This document shows positions 1-12,987 of a stretch of DNA of 64,000 bases, piece after piece. A program made the position numbers and the translations under genes. Within the stretch, counting starts at the first letter, position 1. Each line of letters begins with the position of its first letter. The DNA lies in assembly GCA_964016885.1 (NCBI GenBank), contig OZ024742.1, positions 33,976,001-34,040,000 of the forward strand. Direction: 5' to 3'. The DNA comes from Eledone cirrhosa. Lineage: Eukaryota. The notes under the pieces were generated by a model. It did not search any database. It saw only the letters and a program-made list of their open reading frames with translations, and was not told where the DNA came from.

Positions 1-116
1 CGCCTATATCACCTCTCTGCACGACTGTCTGTCTGCACGCGTATATCACCTCTCTGCACGACTGTCTGTCTGCACGCGTATATCACCTCTCTGCACGACT
101 GTCTGTCTGCACGCCT
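1..116. repeat. 37-bp tandem repeat, ~3 copies (runs off window start)
   Basis: Unit cgc(c/g)tatatcacctctctgcacgactgtctgtctgca starts at 1, 38 and 75. Confidence 0.9.
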
Positions 117-562
117 ATCGAAATTTACAGATACATATACTTTAAATAAACTTATATAATTTTTGCTTTTTTTTACGAAATATTTGCTTGTTTTACGTAG
201 TCTTTAAATAGACTTGTTTTCAAGTAAAAATATTGTTTTAAAAGGCTTTTAAATGGAAATGAAGCAAAACGGAAGCTTAGTGTTCGAACTGATGAAGCTG
301 TGTTAAAGTTACAATGTTAAGTTTCTTTCTTGGCTTAAAAACTGTAGTGTCTACTGTGCAGACTTGCATGTGGTGTTTTTGATTAATATTCCCTCAACCA
401 ACAATATGCCTTATGAAGTTAAGAAAACATAACGATAACCCGAATGTTATAACAAAAGAGGATGCTGGGGATAGAAACTGCACTGGTTATTTATTAACAA
501 AGATCGAAAATGTAAACACTGCAACGCAGAGAAAAACATTAGCGTAACCAAATTATCAGTTA

Positions 563-727
563 TGTCTGTCTGCACGCCTATATCACCTCTCTGCACGACT
601 GTCTGTCTGCACGCCTATATCACCTCTCTGCACGACTGTCTGTCTGCACGCGTATATCACCTCTCTGCACGACTGTCTGTCTGCACGCGTATATCACCTC
701 TCTGCACGACTGTCTGTCTGCACGCCT
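563..727. repeat. Second block of the same 37-bp tandem repeat (~4.5 copies)
   Basis: Same unit. Each block is followed by the same ~120-bp segment (175-296 vs 732-853). Confidence 0.9.
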
Positions 728-1383
728 AGCGACGAAATATTTGCTTGTTTTACGTAGTCTTTAAATAGACTTGTTTTCAAGTAAAAATATTGTTTTAAAA
801 TGCTTTTAAATGGAAATGAAGCAAAACGGAAGCTTAGTGTTCGAACTGATGAATTTTGCAGGTCAATATTTTGCTGGCTCGACAACTGTTAAAGCCAGCG
901 TAATTTTTTACGTAAGACGCTCAATGTAAACAGAACAAAGGGAAATAACTGATCACTTACGCTAAAAAATCGATACATTATATTCGATTTCGTCACATAG
1001 GGTGGGTCAATTTGAAATTTTTTTTTCCGATGTCTTCGCTAGGGCTCAATGTACAAGTATAGCAATTTCGGTGCAATTCCGTGAGAGATTCTAAGAGGAG
1101 ATGTGTGCCAAAAATCGATAGACAAACAGACAACCACAGTTTTATATATATAGATTAAGGATGCTATTTATGGTTTGGATGAAACAATTGTAAGTGAATA
1201 AATCGTTTGAATACAGCTTTGATTCTTGTGACTTCTATATATATATATATACACACACGCACACACACACATTTATATATATATATATATACACACACAC
1301 ATATATATATTTATATATAAATACACACACACACATATATATACATATACACACACGCACACATATATATATAAATATATATA

Positions 1384-1577
1384 ACAAAGGATTTGTGGTA
1401 AGGAACCAGATGGACCATAACGCACCAGAGTACTCAATACTTAGGGTTGTAGAGTGGGAAATAGGAAAAAGTATGACCCCGACGGCAGAGCTCAAGCCGT
1501 TTCGACGGCTATTTCTGTCCAGAAATAGCCGTCGAAACGGCTTGAGCTCTGCCGTCGGGGTCATACCTTTTCCTATA
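1384..1577 (-). mobile_element. Penelope-like terminal repeat remnant with near-perfect fold-back (1461-1575), family D
   Basis: Near-perfect palindrome centred at ~1518, flanked by (TA)n. Each arm has a hammerhead 3' half, GAAACGGC-loop-GCCGTC. Homologous to 5195-5360. Confidence 0.6.
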
Positions 1578-1838
1578 AATATATATATATATATATAGAC
1601 GTGCGTGTTTTCCATTACACTGTACACATTTACGCAGCCTGTAAATGAAGCTAATTACGTCAAAGATTTATTAAACTGACATAAAAGAATTACTAATTGT
1701 TTATTTACCACAATATGTGATTATGTCAAGCAGGAGCTCGAGGCGAACAAGTGTTTCTGTGAAATCTCTGCTGATTTTATTAACTACATTCAAATGTCAA
1801 TTTTTCGGTTTTTAATTTTGTATTGCTCTCTCTCTCCG

Positions 1839-1898
<60 letters not shown>

Positions 1899-1987
1899 TC
1901 TCCCTCTCTCTCTCTCTCTCTCTCCCCCCCCCTCTCTCTCTATCTATCTATCTATCTATCTACATATCTATCTATATATACATGTAT

Positions 1988-2039
<52 letters not shown>

Positions 2040-2120
2040 ATAATCATAAATATATATACGTATATATACACATATATATGTATATATACATGTATATATA
2101 TAAACATATATATATTTGAA

Positions 2121-2400
2121 AATTAGAATTGGTGCTCTGAAATAGCGATATAATCAGTTCCTGATTATTACTAGAATTCTATAAGAATCAAACATTCAGG
2201 ATTTTCAGCAAACAGGTGGAATACTTGGCTTTGATAAGTACCAATCAGTACGAAACAGCTCTGTCAGCTTTATCTCCCCTGTTTGCTGAAAATTTAAAGT
2301 AAGTGAGTCTGTCACTACTCTAAAACAATAACGTAAGGTCTTCGAAATGCTTTTAATTAAGCATACAGTGTATTGCAAAATACACTATATATACATTCAT
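2121..2400 (+). mobile_element. Penelope-like terminal repeat remnant, family B
   Basis: Homologous to 13246-13693, flanked by (TA)n, contains a hammerhead fold. Confidence 0.6.
2201..2293 (+). ncRNA. Type I hammerhead ribozyme, U3-A8 core variant
   Basis: ggct-TTGATAA(2231-2237)-gtac/caatca/gtac-GAAA-ca/gctc/tg-TC-agct. Distal 16-bp perfect helix 2201-2216 with 2278-2293. Predicted cleavage after GUC at 2265. Confidence 0.75.
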
Positions 2401-2491
2401 ATATATATTTGTATGTATATATAAGTATAGAGATAGGAAAAATATGTATTTATAAATATATGTATGTATATATGTATATATATATATATAT

Positions 2492-3097
2492 GTCAGGTCA
2501 CCAGTTGGTGCTACTGGTAACATGTATCCCAGTACAACCTGTCTCATGGTCGGGTCGTTGGCGACTAAACTGGCAACCCCACCAAGGTTTCTTGGTGAGG
2601 AGGGTGACTTTGGACATCCTGCGGGACTAAAAACAAAACCTGTCAAAGGGCAAAGGAGCTCTTAAGAGTCAATGGCCATCCAAAATCACCGGGAGAGATG
2701 ACCCCTTAGCCTTTGTCAAGGCAGAATTCTAGGAGAAGGAAAACTCTGATATAACACCTGCAACTCTGATGGTATCCAATGATGTTGACTTGTTCTTCTT
2801 TTTGGTAAATATCATCTTGGTTAAGAGAGTGGGACTGGCTTTGTGCAGTGCCTTTACTCACTATAAAAGCTTCACGGCACAGGCATTGCTTTATATCTGG
2901 AGATCTCTCTGCACTTGTCGTCACATGGTACCATGGGCCCAGCACTATGTGTCAATAATTGTCACAAGTGTAGTGTTTGTACCAGAGTTTTCAAGTCGCT
3001 GGCTGGACTAAAAAGTCACACTTGTTTAGCGCATCAGTAGGGGTTCTCCTACATGGATATAAAGTAGTGGCCGTACTCGAAAACGAGTTGGCAGCCA

Positions 3098-3100
<3 letters not shown>
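2492..3100 (+). mobile_element. ~605-bp dispersed element, copy 1 (probably a non-autonomous retroelement)
   Basis: Highly similar inverted copy at 20418-21027 with the same endpoints. Both copies sit in TA/TACA microsatellites. Confidence 0.7.
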
Positions 3101-3168
<68 letters not shown>

Positions 3169-3304
3169 CATATATTTATAAATACATATTTTACCTATCT
3201 CTATACTTATATATACATACAAAAAATATTATTATGAATTTGATATCTTAGTCAAATGATATTATTTAACCGGAAAATTTGCCTAAATGAACATCAAGTC
3301 GCTA

Positions 3305-3685
3305 CATGCAGCTTCAGAAGATACTCAGGACGTATGGGACGATCATTTCTGTTGCCAGTAGCCGTGCCCTTTAAAGATTTCCCAAAAGGGCCCCGGCTAA
3401 TTTTCTTTACTGATCCTTGGAAACTGTTCGACATAATACCTAGTGCTCCTATGACGATGCGGACGACCTCTATCCCTTGACAGTCCCAAATCCTTTTCAG
3501 TTCCCACTTTAGATCCTTGGTACCGGTTAATGTTCCCCTTCTCCTTTTCTTGCACTCTAGAGTCAAAGAGTCAAGTCACATTTATAATCAAGTAAGATTT
3601 TATTTTCTTTGTCAAAACACACCAGTTGAGGCCTATTGTCTTCTAATTCTTTATTTGTTTGTATCCTGAAATCCCACAGAACCAT
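3305..3685 (-). pseudogene. R4/Dong-like non-LTR retrotransposon restriction-like endonuclease C-terminal fragment
   Basis: Minus-strand frames give WDFRIQTNKELEDNRPQLVCFDKENK and DLKWELKRIWDCQGIEVVRIVIGALGIM, matching the WDF..QT....NRPD and DL..E..R.W...V.PIVIGALG motifs. Frameshifted. Confidence 0.75.
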
Positions 3686-3759
3686 CGCTCGCTTGTTTTC
3701 TATTACTGACTTTCTCAGAATGGGGCGAATTATTCAGTTTGCATAAATGCCAGTGGAAA

Positions 3760-3900
3760 GGCGGCGAATTGGCAGAGTCATTAGAACGTCGGATAGAATG
3801 CTTTGCAGTATTTGTTTCGGCTATCCGCCCTCTGAGTTCAAATCCCACAGAGGTCAACCTTTGAAAGTCGTTAAAAATGTACCAGTCGCGTACTGGGGTC
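3760..3900 (+). mobile_element. tRNA-derived SINE (cephalopod-type)
   Basis: A-box-like tggcagagtcattag and B-box gagttcaaatccc. Similar to 8972, 11822 and 40931. Confidence 0.7.
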
Positions 3901-5194
3901 TATTCTCCATCTATATATAAATATCTCACTTCCATTCTCTCACTCTATAGATTACATAATATATATATATATGTACGTGTGTGTGTGTGCGTGCGTATGA
4001 GTGTGTGTGTCTGTGTTTAGGTTTACTGTTTCTTTATAGCCGTTTGATAAAAAGCGATCGATCAAATATTTACCAGACTTGAACAAATAAATATTGGGGT
4101 CGATATTATCGACTAAAATCCTTTCGAGACGGTGGCCTTACATGGCCGGAGTCTAATGACTGAAAAGAAGAAAGAGTTGAATTTTATTCATGAACTATCG
4201 CGAATGTCTACTGGAGATGTATACGTTTGAATACGTCATATATATTTCAGAGAAACATTCGATCCCCCAATGACACTTCTATAAAAGACGTTTATTATTT
4301 GTTGAATAATCTATTTAGATATAAATATAACTTCAGATCCCGACAGACGAACTAACTTAAGAATATAGATTCTCTAAAGCCAAAAAAAAAAAAAAAAAAA
4401 AAAAAAACTATCTTGCACCATTATAGAAAGACAACTCATCGACAAAACAAGAACACAACCAAAATCAAAACAGACACAGTAAAATATGAAACCAACAAAA
4501 TGCAAGCAACATAAATCAGAAATATAGAACGAATACATTGAAATACTGCTTCAGTTCACTGCGGTTTTCCTTCAGGACCGTGGTGGCGTTGTCGGGTGCA
4601 GTAGCGTACTACTTTCTCCTTTGATATCTGTTGCGATCCAGGACTTGAGTTATTGCGAATTTTTTACTGTTCAATTCCTTGATGTTATCCGCCAATTTCA
4701 TCTTCGGAGCCCTTGATTTCTTTTTCGCTAAACTGAGACGAATTAAATTCTGATATACCTACAAACCCATGACCAAGAAATTATGTGCTAGAAATCCGGA
4801 AAAATATATTTGTTTACAGAAATACAAAAACTAGACGTTTTCACTATGGGTTTCTTTCTATTGGCAATATTGACATGACCATCCCTGAAATATAACAATG
4901 AACAAATATATATATATTTGTTTGTCTTTCATCTTTTACTTCTTTGGACAGCATTTAGTTTATGTCAGACGCTGTGACCCCAGATGAACCAACAGTGCCG
5001 TTGGTAGAAGTCGAAATAACCCAAGTCCATCTCAATGGCCGATGACCATGGAGTTCTGTGTCCTTCGTTTGTATATTCATTTTAAAAACTATGCTTTAAG
5101 GTTTTCTCTTAAAAAATTGTTTCATTTTGTTTTGTTTTCGTTCATTGTCTTGTTCTATCTTTGTTAATTTTCCTAAGTATATATATATATATGA

Positions 5195-5356
5195 AAAGAT
5201 TCAGGTCCCCGACGGCTCTGGCCGTTTCGACAGCTAGATCTGATTATTACCCACTCTACTACCCCAAGTATCGAGTACTCTGGTGGGTTACGGTCCACCT
5301 GCTATTTTACCACACCATTTCTGATATATATATATATATATCAGAAAGGGTGTGGT

Positions 5357-5360
<4 letters not shown>
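5195..5360. mobile_element. Family D Penelope-like remnant with internal inversion
   Basis: 5245-5315 matches the reverse complement of 1393-1460. 5203-5235 is an inverted GAAACGGC-caga-GCCGTC-gggg block. Confidence 0.55.
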
Positions 5361-5402
<42 letters not shown>

Positions 5403-5454
5403 TTATATTATATATATATATATATACATATATTATATTATATTTATATATATG

Positions 5455-5693
5455 TTAGGTATTTCCGAAGAAAATGCAAAGGAAAAACGAGTACTCTATG
5501 TATAGAACAGAGGTATTTTATTTAGAAAGTGAACAGCACAATGTATAACTACTCCATTACCAAATGTTTCAGGACCCTGGTTATTGTTAAGATACGTCTG
5601 GATCGTTCATCAGACATAACCTCTCTGTCTGATGAACGATTTGACGTATATTAATATTTTCTAGGGCTCTTAAACCTTTGTGTTGTTCTCTTT

Positions 5694-5699
<6 letters not shown>
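5455..5699. mobile_element. Family A Penelope-like terminal repeat with inverted partial copy; degenerate hammerheads
   Basis: Minus strand CTGATGA...GAAACATTTGGTA-atggag. Plus strand partial copy from 5621. The tail is homologous to 13015-13080 and 21370-21451. Confidence 0.6.
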
Positions 5700-5753
<54 letters not shown>

Positions 5754-5761
5754 GGATATAC

Positions 5762-5842
<81 letters not shown>

Positions 5843-5903
5843 TATATATATATATGAATATATATGTACACATAACTACATATATATATAATACGTATAT
5901 CCA

Positions 5904-5940
<37 letters not shown>

Positions 5941-5941
<1 letters not shown>

Positions 5942-6716
5942 ACTTAAAATGCAGTGGAAATATGAAGAAAGCAAGAACAGGGGGGGGGGGGGTTCCTCAT
6001 CAGTTGTCTACTGGGGGTCTAGGATATTTCTACGCTTTAAAGACAAGATACCACTTCACCCCAGGGCGTCAATAACTGGATAAATTATTGGGAAAACGAA
6101 GGAAGGAAGGAAGGAAAGCAAAGGGGAAGAAAAGAGAAACAATAACAAAACAGCGAAAAAAATACACAAACCGAGCAATGTGCGAACAACTATAGGTAGG
6201 ACATCCAAGACCACTCGATAATAGAACTTAAGTTCGAGACCGAGTAATCGAGAAAAAGAAGACACACGTCTAATGGCCGCAGTTGTAAGTAAGATGAGAA
6301 CTGCTGAACGGTCAGACGAGGGGGTGAGAGGAAGAAAGGGAGAGGAAGAAAGTGGGGTAAGAGTAGATAGGGAGAAAGGAAGAGGAAGAAAGAGAGGTGA
6401 GTGTAGAAAGTGGCGAAATAGGTAGGTAGAAGGGGGAGAGAAGAATGGTCACAGCGAAAAACATGATGAAATATATGGCGAATAGAAATGGCTGTATAGT
6501 TGCTATTTAAGGTGACTTAAAATGCAGTGGGAATACGAAGAAAGCAAGAACAGGGGGGTCCTCATCAGTTTTCTACTGGGGGTCTAGGATATTTCTACGC
6601 TTTAAAGACAAGATACCACTTCACCCCAGGGGTTCAATAACTGGATAAGTTATTGGGAAAACGAAGGAAGAAAGGAAGGAAAGCAAAGGGGAAGAAAAGA
6701 GAAACAATAACAAAAT
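5941..6716 (-). mobile_element. Element bounded by ~200-bp direct repeats (5941-6150, 6515-6716), Penelope-like tandem terminal repeat arrangement
   Basis: Two near-identical blocks enclose a purine-rich spacer. (TA)n on both sides. Confidence 0.55.
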
Positions 6717-6727
6717 ATTCATCTCTC

Positions 6728-6758
<31 letters not shown>

Positions 6759-7245
6759 ATATATACTTATAACCATATCCAAATTCATAATCATATATAT
6801 TGTACGTTAATACGTATCATATTTTGCAATACGTTATTTTTAAATAGTGTAGCTCTACTTTCTATAAGTTGCTGAGATATAAAATAGAAAACTGCTTTAC
6901 AGCTTTCTAAATTTAGACAATTTCGATGTTTTTGACAGTCCACTTTAACACTGAAATGATGGCTGAAAGAAAGTTAACAATCTGTACACTGCAATGCTAG
7001 AAAGCTTTACATATTATTATACTTTTACAATACAAATTTCTTCATTATATATTTTTTGATTATATATTTCTTCTCTCAACATCATTGCAATCGATGATCA
7101 ATAAAATTTCTTTTTATTTCGAGAAAGTTATTCCCTACTTAAAATATCTTCACGACAAGTAAATGGATTTCCAGTTAAAGGAAAATATAAACAAAATAGA
7201 TGTAGAATACACCCAAACATACAAACAAAGAAGGCAATCGTAGTT

Positions 7246-7419
<174 letters not shown>

Positions 7420-7422
7420 GCT

Positions 7423-7512
7423 GGTTAGGACGGAACAAGAGGAGATAAGGAGAAAGAAGAAATAATCCTTCGTCCTTCTTTCTCCTTTTCTCCTCTTGTT
7501 CCGCCCTAACCC
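7423..7512. repeat. Short fold-back (~37-bp arms) inside (TA)n
   Basis: ggttaggacggaacaagaggagataaggagaaagaag pairs with cttctttctccttttctcctcttgttccgccctaacc. Confidence 0.8.
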
Positions 7513-7564
7513 CCATCCTAAACCTTGTTTTTAGAAACCACACAGCTCCTTTCGTTTCGTTATA

Positions 7565-7669
<105 letters not shown>

Positions 7670-8361
7670 ATACATACGTATGAGTCTATGTGCTTGTGCG
7701 TGTGTGTGTGTATTACACTTTGATACAATTCTATTACTTATCTATTTTATACTTCTAGAAGGTGAGTCTATAGTTTTAAACAGAATCCTAATCCGTTTTT
7801 CTTTATTCATTCATATTTTCTATCTTCTTATCCTTTAAATTAATTATTGTCTCATTTGATGAGAAATCAATGTTTGTAAATTGTGTGTCACACAATCAGA
7901 CATTTTAAAAACATATTTCGCAAATCTAATCTTATACACACATATACAAAAATTAATACACAACGTATACATACATATACACACATATATACACAGACAC
8001 ATACATATTCAACCCCCTCCCGACAGACACACACACACACACACACACACACATATCTATATATATATAACTGATGTTGTCTGTGTGTGTCCTCATTTTT
8101 GCAAAGTCTATACAAATCTACATTTCTACTCTGATTGACTTCAAACTTGCATTTATATATTCCTTGCGGTCTAAAGATATTAACTGCAGCTTTTATTTTT
8201 CAATTTTCTATTGTTAAAGGGGTGTTAGGCGCCGGTTATCGATCTCCGTCGAGCCCTTATAATATCTGTCTGTATGTCTGGCTGTCTGCATAACGACATT
8301 CTGACGAACACGTCATTGCTGACGTATTATCTTCGCTACATTCGCGCGCGCACACACACAT

Positions 8362-8392
<31 letters not shown>

Positions 8393-8431
8393 CACATATA
8401 TACATATACACACACATATATACACACACAG

Positions 8432-8464
<33 letters not shown>

Positions 8465-8524
8465 CTTATATATACATATATATATACACATATATACATA
8501 TACACACACATATATACACACACA

Positions 8525-8612
<88 letters not shown>

Positions 8613-8656
8613 CAATGATATTAAATAAATGGAAACTATATTTATAAAACCATATT

Positions 8657-8717
8657 TATTCTATTATATATATTTCAAAGGTACCAAAACTTTGGTACGC
8701 TCTCATCAGATAAAATA
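8657..8717 (-). ncRNA. Type I hammerhead ribozyme, family C
   Basis: tattttat-CTGATGA-gagcgtaccaaa/gt/tttggtaccttt-GAAA-tatata-TA-atagaata. Stem I is 8 bp with one GU. Stem III is minimal and self-complementary. Confidence 0.7.
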
Positions 8718-8971
8718 CAAAGTTTGTTTGATAAATATTGACACAACAAAGAAAAAATACCTTAACGGTTCAAGTTTTTTCTGGATAGTGAAGGAAAAGA
8801 GAAGAAAAGTCAGATATTTCAAATTATTAAGATGAGTATGCAAATGAGGTTGAGGTATAGGGCTGAAAAAACGTTATTTTTAGACGCTATGCAGAATTTA
8901 AATAATTAGGATATATGTATGAGTAGGAAGAAGAAAAAAAAGAAAGAAGAGCTTGTATATATATATATAAT

Positions 8972-9151
8972 TATTTCTACTTTTGGCACAAGGCCAGCAA
9001 TTATCCCAGCTGGTACTTTATTTTATCGACCCCGTAAGAATAAAGGTCAAAGTTACTCTCAGCGGGATTTGAACTCAGACCTTAAAGGGGTGTAACTCTT
9101 TGCTGCAAAGCATGACATCCGATCCTCTACCGACACTGCCAATAGACAGCC
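8972..9151 (-). mobile_element. tRNA-derived SINE
   Basis: Reverse strand reads ttggcagtgtcggtagag...ctgagttcaaatcccgc. Confidence 0.7.
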
Positions 9152-9471
9152 TTATATATATACATAGCTTTTCCATTGTCTCTGTCATGTGCGCCGCATT
9201 TTGAATATTCATATATTAGTGCAGAGTCCCTCAAAATAGAAAAACTATTATCAGAAAAAAAGGAACAAGCACACACACAAAAAAAAAAAATCAACAAACT
9301 AAAATACTGCCAACAGCAATACACACATTCAACTGGCAATCACAATGCACGAATAAAAAATAATATAACTTCCAGCAATGTATGAAGACCATCATAAATA
9401 ACCAAAGAATTGCGTTCTTATTTCTGTTTACCTTTTACATACATACATATACATATATACATTATATATAT

Positions 9472-9513
<42 letters not shown>

Positions 9514-9562
9514 TATTCAAAATATTAACAAATGAAAGATATTCACATAATCAAAATATATG

Positions 9563-9627
9563 CTTTATTATATATATTTCAAAGGTACTGTGTTGTTTTT
9601 TTTTCAGTACGTCTTCATCAGATAAAA
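9563..9627 (-). ncRNA. Type I hammerhead ribozyme, family C copy 2
   Basis: ttttat-CTGATGA-agacgtactg/A-rich loop/cagtaccttt-GAAA-tatata-TA-ataaag. Confidence 0.65.
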
Positions 9628-10963
9628 TATATGATTTGATATATGACATACCGCTACGGTCTTGATTATACAATTCAAGTATTGGCAGTGATTTATTTCA
9701 TCAAATCTCAATGTTTATATACCACAAATAATATGATAAACTTAAGTATGATAAACTTAAAGAAAAAAAGGACGTAGAGCAAATTAGAGATATGAGAGAG
9801 GGTGTAAATAGGAGGAACGGCAAGAAAAAAAATACATATATATATAAACATACATAAATAGATAAAAGAATGTATGAGCAAAAGAAATATATAAAAAAGA
9901 AAGAGGAATAACGACAAAAAATGGAAAGTGCAAGGAAAGTAAAGGGAACAGAGGGGGATAAAGAAAAATAAAGAAAAATAAAGGAAGCATCAAATAGAGG
10001 GGGATAGAGAAAAAAACCGTTGTTTTCAAATGCTCAATCAAATAGGACATCCAATCAATTCAACTAAACAATTGAATATCTTTAGTATTTGATTATGCAT
10101 TAGCTAATTATACTTATATATTATATCAAAATTAATCAGTATAGATTATTTTCTATAGCAATCACATATATCGTTTAATTAAAAATTTATATAATTTAAT
10201 GTAACTCATTGTAGATTATTATTTTTAATTTTAAGGTAAGATATTCTATAAATATTTAGTTACAACTTTAAAAGAATTAATTTTTAAAGCGTATTTAAAT
10301 AATTATTACATATGCATTAAAATCTAATACCATACATAAATCAGCATCAATACATATAATATATTTAGATCATATATTACTCAAATTATTTAATTATGAT
10401 ATTCTCTTTATAAAATCTTCACTATTCTTTAATTTTCATTTAATTTCTAGGATTAAACTGCAGTTACATTTACTCTCAAAAGTTTAATTTCATTAATTTA
10501 ATGAAAGGTTATTTTTACTTCTGTATTTACTTATTTTGATATATAGTTTCATTTTAATGATTGTCTGTATATTATTAGTCTACATATTTCAAAACTAATA
10601 TAATTCAACAAGCTAGTCAAAAAGAAAGGAAATTTTTACGGACAATGAAAACAAAAGGAAGATAACTCATTCACGATATACAAACATCTATAACATATCT
10701 CTACTCACACATTCCGCGATATTTTGAAAACCATAAATCATCTATTGCAAATATCATAAAGGATGTCTAGTTAAATATTGAACTCTCCTAATCAAAAGAA
10801 AGGATAACGAGACTCTTAATGAAATAATTCTAATACATATAAAATTATTAATTGTCAATATTTTTTTCGAAACTTGTACAATGCTTGGAGAGTTTTATTA
10901 ATTTTATCGTGACAACTACTGAATAATTGTTTTTTTTTTTGTTGATTAAATTGTCATAATTTG

Positions 10964-11058
<95 letters not shown>

Positions 11059-11093
11059 TTCAAATCCACATTCAATAAAAAACACCAGGATTT

Positions 11094-11153
11094 TTTCATT
11101 CTGACGACTGGAAGCAAATTTGTTTGCTTTCGAGAAACCACTGGTAAATGAAA
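11094..11153 (+). ncRNA. Type I hammerhead ribozyme, family A
   Basis: tttcatt-CTGACGA-c tggaagcaaa/tttg/tttgctttcg a-GAAA-cc/act/gg-TA-aatgaaa. Perfect 7-bp stem I, 10-bp stem II with a C-A mismatch at its base. Cleavage predicted after 11146. Confidence 0.7.
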
Positions 11154-11178
11154 TAATTATCTTATGTTGTTTATTACA

Positions 11179-11355
<177 letters not shown>

Positions 11356-11417
11356 GTATAGATATAGGTATATATATATATATATATATATTATACATAT
11401 ACGTTTATACATACTTC

Positions 11418-11750
11418 AGTTCCACTGAAGCAGGTGGAGAAGTTTAAGTATATTGGGATCATATTCACGGCTGATGGAAAGCAGGAGGCTGAATTAAGTG
11501 CAAGCATTGGAGGAGTCGGTGTAGTAATGTGCCATCTTCAGCCTTCGGTAATCAAAAGAAGGGAGGCATTTGTAAAAGCCAAGCTCACAATCTTCAATTC
11601 GGAATTCGTACCAACCCTTAACTATGGTGACCATTCTTGGGTAATGACCGAAAGAAATGGGGCTCCTCCGAAGAGTCTTTGGTGTAACGTTACTCGATAG
11701 CTTGCATAGCTCGGAGAGTGACTCCAGGTAGATCCACTATTTTTCGAAAT
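11418..11750 (+). pseudogene. RTE-like LINE reverse transcriptase C-terminal fragment
   Basis: VEKFKYIGIIFTADGKQEAE...KAKLTIFNSEFVPTLNYGDHSWVMTER, then frameshifted G.LRRVFGVTLLD. A related short piece is at 19249-19300. Confidence 0.7.
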
Positions 11751-11821
11751 CCCAGCTCCGATATTAACGAATATAAACGATAATTGTGTATGTAATTGTC
11801 CCCCATTAGACAATAGATAAT

Positions 11822-12012
11822 TGTTTCTACTTTTGGCACAAGGCCAGCAATTATTCCAGTGTATTACTGGTACTTTATTTTATCGAACCCGTAAGGATGA
11901 AAGGCAAAGTTAACCTCGGCGGGGTTTCAATTCAGACCATAAACGGCGGTAACTATTTGCTGTAAAGCATGGCGTCCGACCCTCTACCTATACTGCCAAT
12001 CCACTGCCCTTT
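11822..12012 (-). mobile_element. tRNA-derived SINE
   Basis: Same family as 8972-9151 and 40931-41151. Confidence 0.7.
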
Positions 12013-12596
12013 ATTAGACAATAAATAATGATATATTGATGGGAACAACCAATTTAAATACATCTGTAAATCTATGCATGTGTAACCACACACACACAGA
12101 ACTATATAAACGGAAAAATCATAACTCCAAAGAAACCTCAACTAAAATCCTATTCTTTCATTATTTTTTCTTCTTTAGTTTAGTAAAGGATTTATCTATC
12201 GGATCCCCAGAAACCTCTTCTCTGGCAAATGTCAACACCCCTTCCAAAATAATTCCTTTCAATCATGTTTATATATATATTTATATTTTTATTTACTTAT
12301 CTTCATTCTTTTATACTTCTTTTTATGTGAAACCCTAAACCTAAACTTGAATCCTTGACACAATGGAACCCCACATATAAACGCAAAAACACAGCACAAG
12401 ACAAAACTAAAACGTTCTATCCACTTTTAGGTATTTTTAGAAACCCATACAAATTTTCATAGAAATTTTCAAATTAGCAAGCAGAAGTTTTAACGAAAAA
12501 AAAACAAAACAATTTAATCTAATAACAAATGCTTTGATGATCCAAAACGGAGAAATCAGGCTTTGCTAACATGAATTGTTTTGTCATAAGGATCCT

Positions 12597-12671
<75 letters not shown>

Positions 12672-12696
12672 TGTAATAAACAACATGAGATAATTA

Positions 12697-12769
12697 TTTC
12701 ATTTACCAAAGGTTTCACGAAGACAGACGAGCTTGACTCAGACGTCTGAAATCGTTCGTCAGAACGAAA
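12697..12769 (-). ncRNA. Type I hammerhead ribozyme, family A, canonical core
   Basis: tttcgtt-CTGACGA-acga..cagacg/loop/cgtctg..tcgt-GAAA-cc/ttt/gg-TA-aatgaaa. Confidence 0.8.
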
Positions 12770-12914
12770 ATTTATTATAAACAGCTCCCACCAGGAATGA
12801 TCGCAGCATATTCTACATCTCATGTGTGAATGGTATCTTCCAGCCCGATAAGTTGAACACTCTACAGTTATAGGAAATTAACCAACATATACTATGAATA
12901 TATACGATATAAAT

Positions 12915-12987
12915 TTTTGTTCTAACGAACGATTTCAGACGTATGCATCAAGCTCGTCTGTCTTCGTGAAACCTTTGGTAAATGAAA
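12915..12987 (+). ncRNA. Hammerhead copy with G5A core substitution (probably inactive)
   Basis: Same fold as 12697-12769 but the core reads CTAACGA. Confidence 0.55.

Larger units (their letters stand above)
1..1155 (+). mobile_element. Possible non-autonomous Helitron/Helentron-like element carrying internal tandem repeats
   Basis: Duplicated internal module with a GTCT-containing minisatellite. Ends ...gatagacaaacagacaaccacagtttatatatatagat, a terminus style I associate with such elements. No coding evidence. Confidence 0.3.

Noticed and set aside
5990-6070. Hammerhead in the 5941/6515 direct repeats
   Set aside because: A ctggggt/acccccag stem and GAAA..TA exist, but the core reads GTGAAGT and stem II pairs poorly. 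At most a decayed relic.
10050-10850. Very old Penelope RT/GIY-YIG remnant
   Set aside because: Only vague resemblance (FYGQ). Too degenerate and AT-rich to support.
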